From contig JBARPB010000068.1 of assembly GCA_049642705.1 (NCBI GenBank), positions 1-49,992 of the forward strand: a stretch of 49,992 bases of DNA, given 5' to 3'. Positions within the stretch are counted from its first letter, which is position 1. Each line of letters begins with the position of its first letter. The translations under genes and the position numbers were made by a program. The notes below the pieces were generated by a model, which did no database searches, was not told the origin of the DNA, and saw only the letters and a list, made by a program, of their open reading frames with translations. The stretch comes from Candidatus Omnitrophota bacterium (GTDB taxonomy: Bacteria > Omnitrophota > Gorgyraeia > JABMRN01 > RBG-13-46-9). Below are positions 43,401 through 49,400 of this stretch, in pieces.

Positions 43401-46400
43401 ATTACGAAGCTTCTTATCCTCTGCACGGTTGACATATCTGACTTGAGTAGTTTGAAGGTCATCTCGTCTACTGTAGTGGCTCTTCCGCTCTTTGTTTGCA
43501 ACCTGTTCAGTTTGTCGCAGAGCCTGGCGTTTGTAATGAGATTCGCATACTGTGTTCCCAGTTTGCGCAGGAAAGCCTCCCCTACCGCATGGTCTAATGA
43601 ACCGTTTTCAATAAGCTTTTCCGCGATGGGTATTATTCTCTCCAGCATCTTGGCTCTTTCAGCGAATACTGCCCTTGCCTGTCTTAACGCCTTGCCCTTA
43701 TCTTCTGTTCTTCTGAATGTCTGTATGCCAAGTGTATTCAAGCTATTTACAATATACTGAGCGTTATTCGGAGTAGAAGCGAGTTTTTCTACATTGGCCA
43801 TTTTCGCCGCTACCATTTTGGCTATTTCATTTACGGATATTTCTTTTTGTGCATTATTTAATCGTATTCCGAACGCTCTAAATAAAGTCCTTAACCGTTT
43901 GGTAATCTTTAGGCTGCCGTTTTCTATTCTCACCATGCCTTTCGGATCTTTTACTTTTGCTTCAAGCGCCATTCTGACGGCTTTAGCATTCATGGGCGTA
44001 ATGCCGTAAATCGCGAATACCGCCAGTTGCGTATAACTCATGTATGGCAGGCTCTCTCCGAGTGACTGAATCGCGGATAATGTTTCAGGTGTTAAATTTC
44101 TTAATAGTATATTTGGCCTGCCTTGTAAGAACTCCTGCATGAGCGAATAATCGGAACTTAGCGGCATCGCAAGCTCGTTCATTAATTTCGTTACTTCTGA
44201 AGAATCCATTTTTGCAAGTTTGTCGAGCCTGTAATGGCGCATAATAAGGCCTGCTTCACCGTACTTTTCCTTGTTTGCGGTGCTTACAATTATGGAATTC
44301 TTCAGCATGTTATTTATGTTGATCTTGTTCAGATTGTTGAATAGAGAACCCGATACGAAACCTGCGCCTAAAAGGTGCTCGCCGATTGTATTTGTGTCCT
44401 TTTCTGTCAAATTCTTGAAGTCATGAGCGGTCGGATTGATGCCCAATTGCGCTAAAGCCGGCAGTATTGCTTCAATGTTGCCCCGTGCATTCGCAAACAG
44501 GGCGCCCATTACGATTCTCTTCATATGGAACCCTATATCCTGCTGTCTCAAGGTTCCCAGGTTCTGCGAAAATGCCTGTGCTATGTCGGTCTTTGCATCA
44601 TGGGCAAGAGCCGGGTCGATAGTTTGCAAAATAGCAATACCGTTTACTATCGCGTCTATCGCTTCCTGTTTCCAACCCAGGCCTTGATAGGTTGGCATTT
44701 TTAACCGCGCCATTTCAATATTTAGCGCGCCTTGTCTCTCCAATAATTCTCCTTTGATTTCTGTTAATTTAGATTCTATCCCATTTATAGCAACAGCGAT
44801 AGCATCCCATGGCGCAGGACCGCTTTGCTCAATTTGAGCTATTAAACTGTCTATGTGCTCTAAGGTTCTCCTTAGGGTTAAATTATATCGGAAGCGGGCT
44901 TCTGTCTGGTATTGTGATTCTGCGGCGCCTTTCGGTGCATAAGTTAGCTCTTCTATTCGGTTCTTTATGCGTTCTCGCAGCTGCGGAAGGTTGGCTTGTT
45001 CTTGCTTATCTCTTAATTGGTTTTCCAGTATTGATATTTCCTGTTTAAGTTGCACGATTTCATTTTGAATTTCTGCAATCCTTGGAGGCGCGCGGTCGCC
45101 GAGGTTTAGCATATTCATGGTACCTTTTGAATCAACCGCATGGTCTATTACTGCGCTGATTACAACTCTTATAAATTCTCCTCCGGAAGTAGCAAGGTTA
45201 TTACCTATTTCGGTGATAATCAATCGCTTGGCTTGTTCGTTGGAATTCGAAAGAATTGCCAATAGGTGCCTCTCTCCCTTAGATAAACCGAGCGAAGTAA
45301 GGACATCTAAAACCGAATCGGTTATAACTCCGCCTGAGAACGCAATTACAACGCCCCTCGCTGTCTGTTTCGCTTTTGTGCTTATATCTCCGGGGGTATT
45401 TAAACCTATTTGATTAAACAGCATTTTCCCTGTTTTTACCAAGGCGTCATTATTGCTTTCGAATAGTTTGTTTAACGCGGCCGCATCGGCTTCATAAATA
45501 CCGAATGTAGTTAAGTTTTCTGCGCTGCCGTTCATAAGTTGTGTGGACAAAGCGAGCTCTTCTACGGCAGGTTTTAATGTAGCTTCCGAAATTCTTCCCG
45601 TCATTGCCAGATATCTCAGATTTGATAAGAGATGCCCGTCGTTTATCTGGACTTGAGACAACCCCATGTTCTCGAGGGCTTTTATATCCCAGTTATTGAC
45701 TACATTTATAAGCTTCGCATTTTGTTTTGTAAAGTTCTTGATAGACTGCGTAACTTCTAACAACCCGACTTGTTCAAGGTTTGATTTTATGCTGGAATTG
45801 GTTATATCGGCATTTGCTAATTGGTTCGTTAGGATATTCACTTCCTGCTGAGTGGCCGTGCCTTCCTGCACCCTGCCTACCGTACCTATGTCAATACCAG
45901 CATCCTGCAGGGCCCATCTTTGGTTCGTGTTGGAAAGGTTTATTTTGCTTGCAGCTTTTTCGACAGTTCCCCTTGCAATGTTCTTGCTCGTATTGCTGAA
46001 GCTCGATCCAAAACTAACATCGCCGAATTCAACGAGGTATTCGGCGGTTGCGGGAGATACGCCGAATGCCTGCAAAATGGCACTTAGTATCGGCTCTTTA
46101 ATTCCTTCTTCCCAGATGCCCTTAATTGACCCTAATTTGAAGAACCGTTTTGCGAACCTTCCGACCCAAGCCGGGAATTTGACTATAACGTTTTTGAACC
46201 CGGCCCCTATCCTCACAGCGGCAAATCCTACAGGATTTCCAATCATTTTCCCTATCCCCAATGTTTCCACGATTTTGCCGCCTATTTTGCCTAAAAATTT
46301 CCCTGCAGCCAGAGCAAATATTTGGATAAACGGCCCTAATGCGAAGAACACTATTACAAACATCGGGTTTCTTACGGTTGTGTTCATCATGCCGTCCAGT

Positions 46401-49400
46401 ACGCTGCCTTTTTCAACAACAAACTTATTCGGCACGACCTGGCTGACATTCCATCCAAAGCTCGCCAGGGTCATCCATATAGTTCTTCCGAGCCCTTCCG
46501 GTCTTTGCGCCAGTGTATTCATTAGATCCGTAGGATTATCAGCGCCAAACCACAGCATGAGAACAGGAGTTATCGCCGCTCTGCCCGTGATCCACAGCGA
46601 GGCTCCAAACCATCCTATTTGAATCGTGGTTCTAACCAGCGCCAGCGTAGCGCCTTTTATGGTCAGGTATTGTGCCACCGCGCTGTGGCCCGCAAATATC
46701 GCCTTAAGAGCCGAACCTCTAAAGAAGAGGTGGGCTTTGCTAACAAAGTTATAAATTGCGTTGGCCAACTTTGCCTTCAAGCCTGCTCCGGAAATAAGCT
46801 CTTTCGCTATTCCAGTAAGCGCCGCATTAATTTTACCCGCAATCGCGGCCACGCCTTTTCCGAGGACACAAGCGGCGATAACCATACCTACTATTTCTAT
46901 AGCGTCTCCCCAGGTATAACCTCTCCAGAACTCCGCTCCGATATAGGTGCTTTTCTCGTGGACTCTGAACGCATCACCTATGCCTCCTATTCCGAGAGAA
47001 AGGCCTCTTACAAGAGCGGTAAATCCATTTGCTATTTCAAAAACAACTCTGCCAAAATCTGATTTTTCTGCCCACACCGCCATCGTATCCATTAACGCAT
47101 GTCCGGCTGTGTATTGATATCCAAAAGCAGTGTTTGGCTTATCGATTACTACGTTTCCTTCTTTATCTATATGGCCGGATCCGTTCGAACCTGCATATTG
47201 AACAAGAGATACAACAACTCCGACTATCGCGCCAACTACTGCACCTATTGCAAATCCTATCAAAGTACCGATAAAAGGAGTGATGCATGTTCCTATGATG
47301 CCCCCGAGCACTGCTAATGTTCCGGCAAATGTTCCGACATTCGCCAACACGCCATCGGTAGTCATGCCTCTTGCAACCAGCTTCTTATCCAAGTCCTTAA
47401 ACGCGCCGAACGCCGAAGCAATAACTCCGCCAATTACTCCTACAGCCAATCCGATAGCAGCACCTACAGCTGCTCCTACCAACGCTCCAACTCCGAAGAA
47501 CCAGACTCCGATAGCAGCTCCGATTACGGCGCCCGTTGCGCCGCATGTAGCAGTTCCTACCGCGGCATTTCTGTCCATGAATCCAAGGTCAAATGCGCCT
47601 CCTGCGATAAGCCCGACTATCGCGCCGACTATTGCGCCTATTCCCGTACCGATAACCGGTATAACGCTTCCTATAGCAGCGCCTATTGCTGCTCCGCCAA
47701 GAACCCCCGTTGCTGTGCCTTTGATTTTGATTACGCTTGTATCTGCAAGAATGCCAAGTAATAATCCGATGCCGGCGCCGATTATAGCTCCGATTGCCGT
47801 CCCAATAACCGGGAAAACGCTACCTATTAAAGCACCAAGCGCCGCACCACCCGCTACACCGGTCAAGCTGCCTTTTATTTTACCAAAGATACCAAGATCC
47901 ACTGATACACCTGCTATAAGACCGACTATTGCGCCTACGAGTGCGCCTATTGCCGTGCCTACGCCTGGTATAATACTTCCTACTAAAGCACCCAATGCTG
48001 CTCCACCTGCTACGCCTCCTATGCTGCCTTTTATTTTACCGAGGGCCCCTGTGTCGTAGAGAATTCCTCCTGTCAGTCCCACAACTGCTCCTATAGCAGC
48101 GCCTATCGCTGCTCCTACTAAAGCCCCAACGCCAAAGAACCATACTCCGATAGCGGCTCCTATTGCTGCACCTGCTGCTGCACCGCCTGCCACACCGACT
48201 CCGCTACCTACAATTCCCATGGACTTTAGGTCTTTTACTGCATCTCCTGCAACGCCTATTACGGCGTCCAATATCTCAGAGGCAACGAAGGCAAAGAGAA
48301 TGCCCACTATTGGCGCGTACTCTTTTACAAAGTTCCACGCCCTGCCTGCGGCATCCTTAATATTGTCCCACTGCCAGATTATAAGTTCGGAGATGCCCAG
48401 GGTTACTATACCGAGGCATACCCTTCCTATTGTTGAAGCGTTTTCCTTTACAAAGCCCCACGCCCTGCCTGCCATGTCTTTTATATTATCCCATTGCCAT
48501 CTGATAAGTTCTGAGATACCCAGGGTTACTATACCGAGGCATACCCTTCCTATCGTCGAGGCGTTTTCCTTTACAAAGCCCCACGCCCTGCCTGCCATGT
48601 CTTTTATGTTATCCCACTGCCAGATTATAAGTTCGGAGATGCCCAGGGTTACTATACCGAGGTAGACTCTTCCTATTGTTGAAGAGTTTTCCTTTACAAA
48701 GTTCCACGCGATACCAAAACCTTCTGCCATGGCGGCTGTAAAGCTCTGGTGTGTTCTGGCGTACTCAGCGGCAAAAGATTTCGCCTGTTGATGGCTAAAA
48801 CCAAAAAGCCTGCTCATAGCATAAGCCGTGCCATAATTTGTACCGTACCATACCGCGCTTGCTCCGGCTTTTATGTTATCCCATTGCCATATTATAAGTT
48901 CGGAAATACCCAGGGTTGTTATAGCAAGGTAGATTCTGCCCACTATTGGCGCGTATTCTTTTACAAAGTTCCATGCCCTGCCTGCGGCGTCTTTTATGTT
49001 ATCCCATTGCCATATTATAAGCTCAGAGATGCCCAGGGTTGCTATGCCTACGTAAACTCTGCCCACTGTTTTTAATATCTCTTTTTCTGAATCTTGCTTA
49101 CCTAACTCTACGGCAGCATTCCAAGCTGTTTCTTCGTCAAAAGAAACAACACCTGCTTTTCCTCCCCACCACTTTAAGCCATACTGAAGAGCGGCGCGAA
49201 GACCTATTTTCTTAAGCTGCCCCCAGGTTGTACTGTCAGGGTGATTCTTTGCAAGTTGCGTCATTTCATTCAATCCTAAGGCTGCGTCAGGAATTCCCTG
49301 GACACCTGTAACTTTGATAATTTTGTGATCGAGTCCTGTTTTTTCTGCAAACTTGAAAATTTCGCCATTTATCGCAGCTCCTTCTACACCCACAAGCTGC

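Noticed and set aside
48303-49068. Regularly spaced about 120-nt repeats considered as a CRISPR array
   Set aside because: The repeat unit is 123 nt and contiguous, with no unique spacers. It is in frame within a long ORF and encodes a conserved 41-aa peptide. No cas genes are present.
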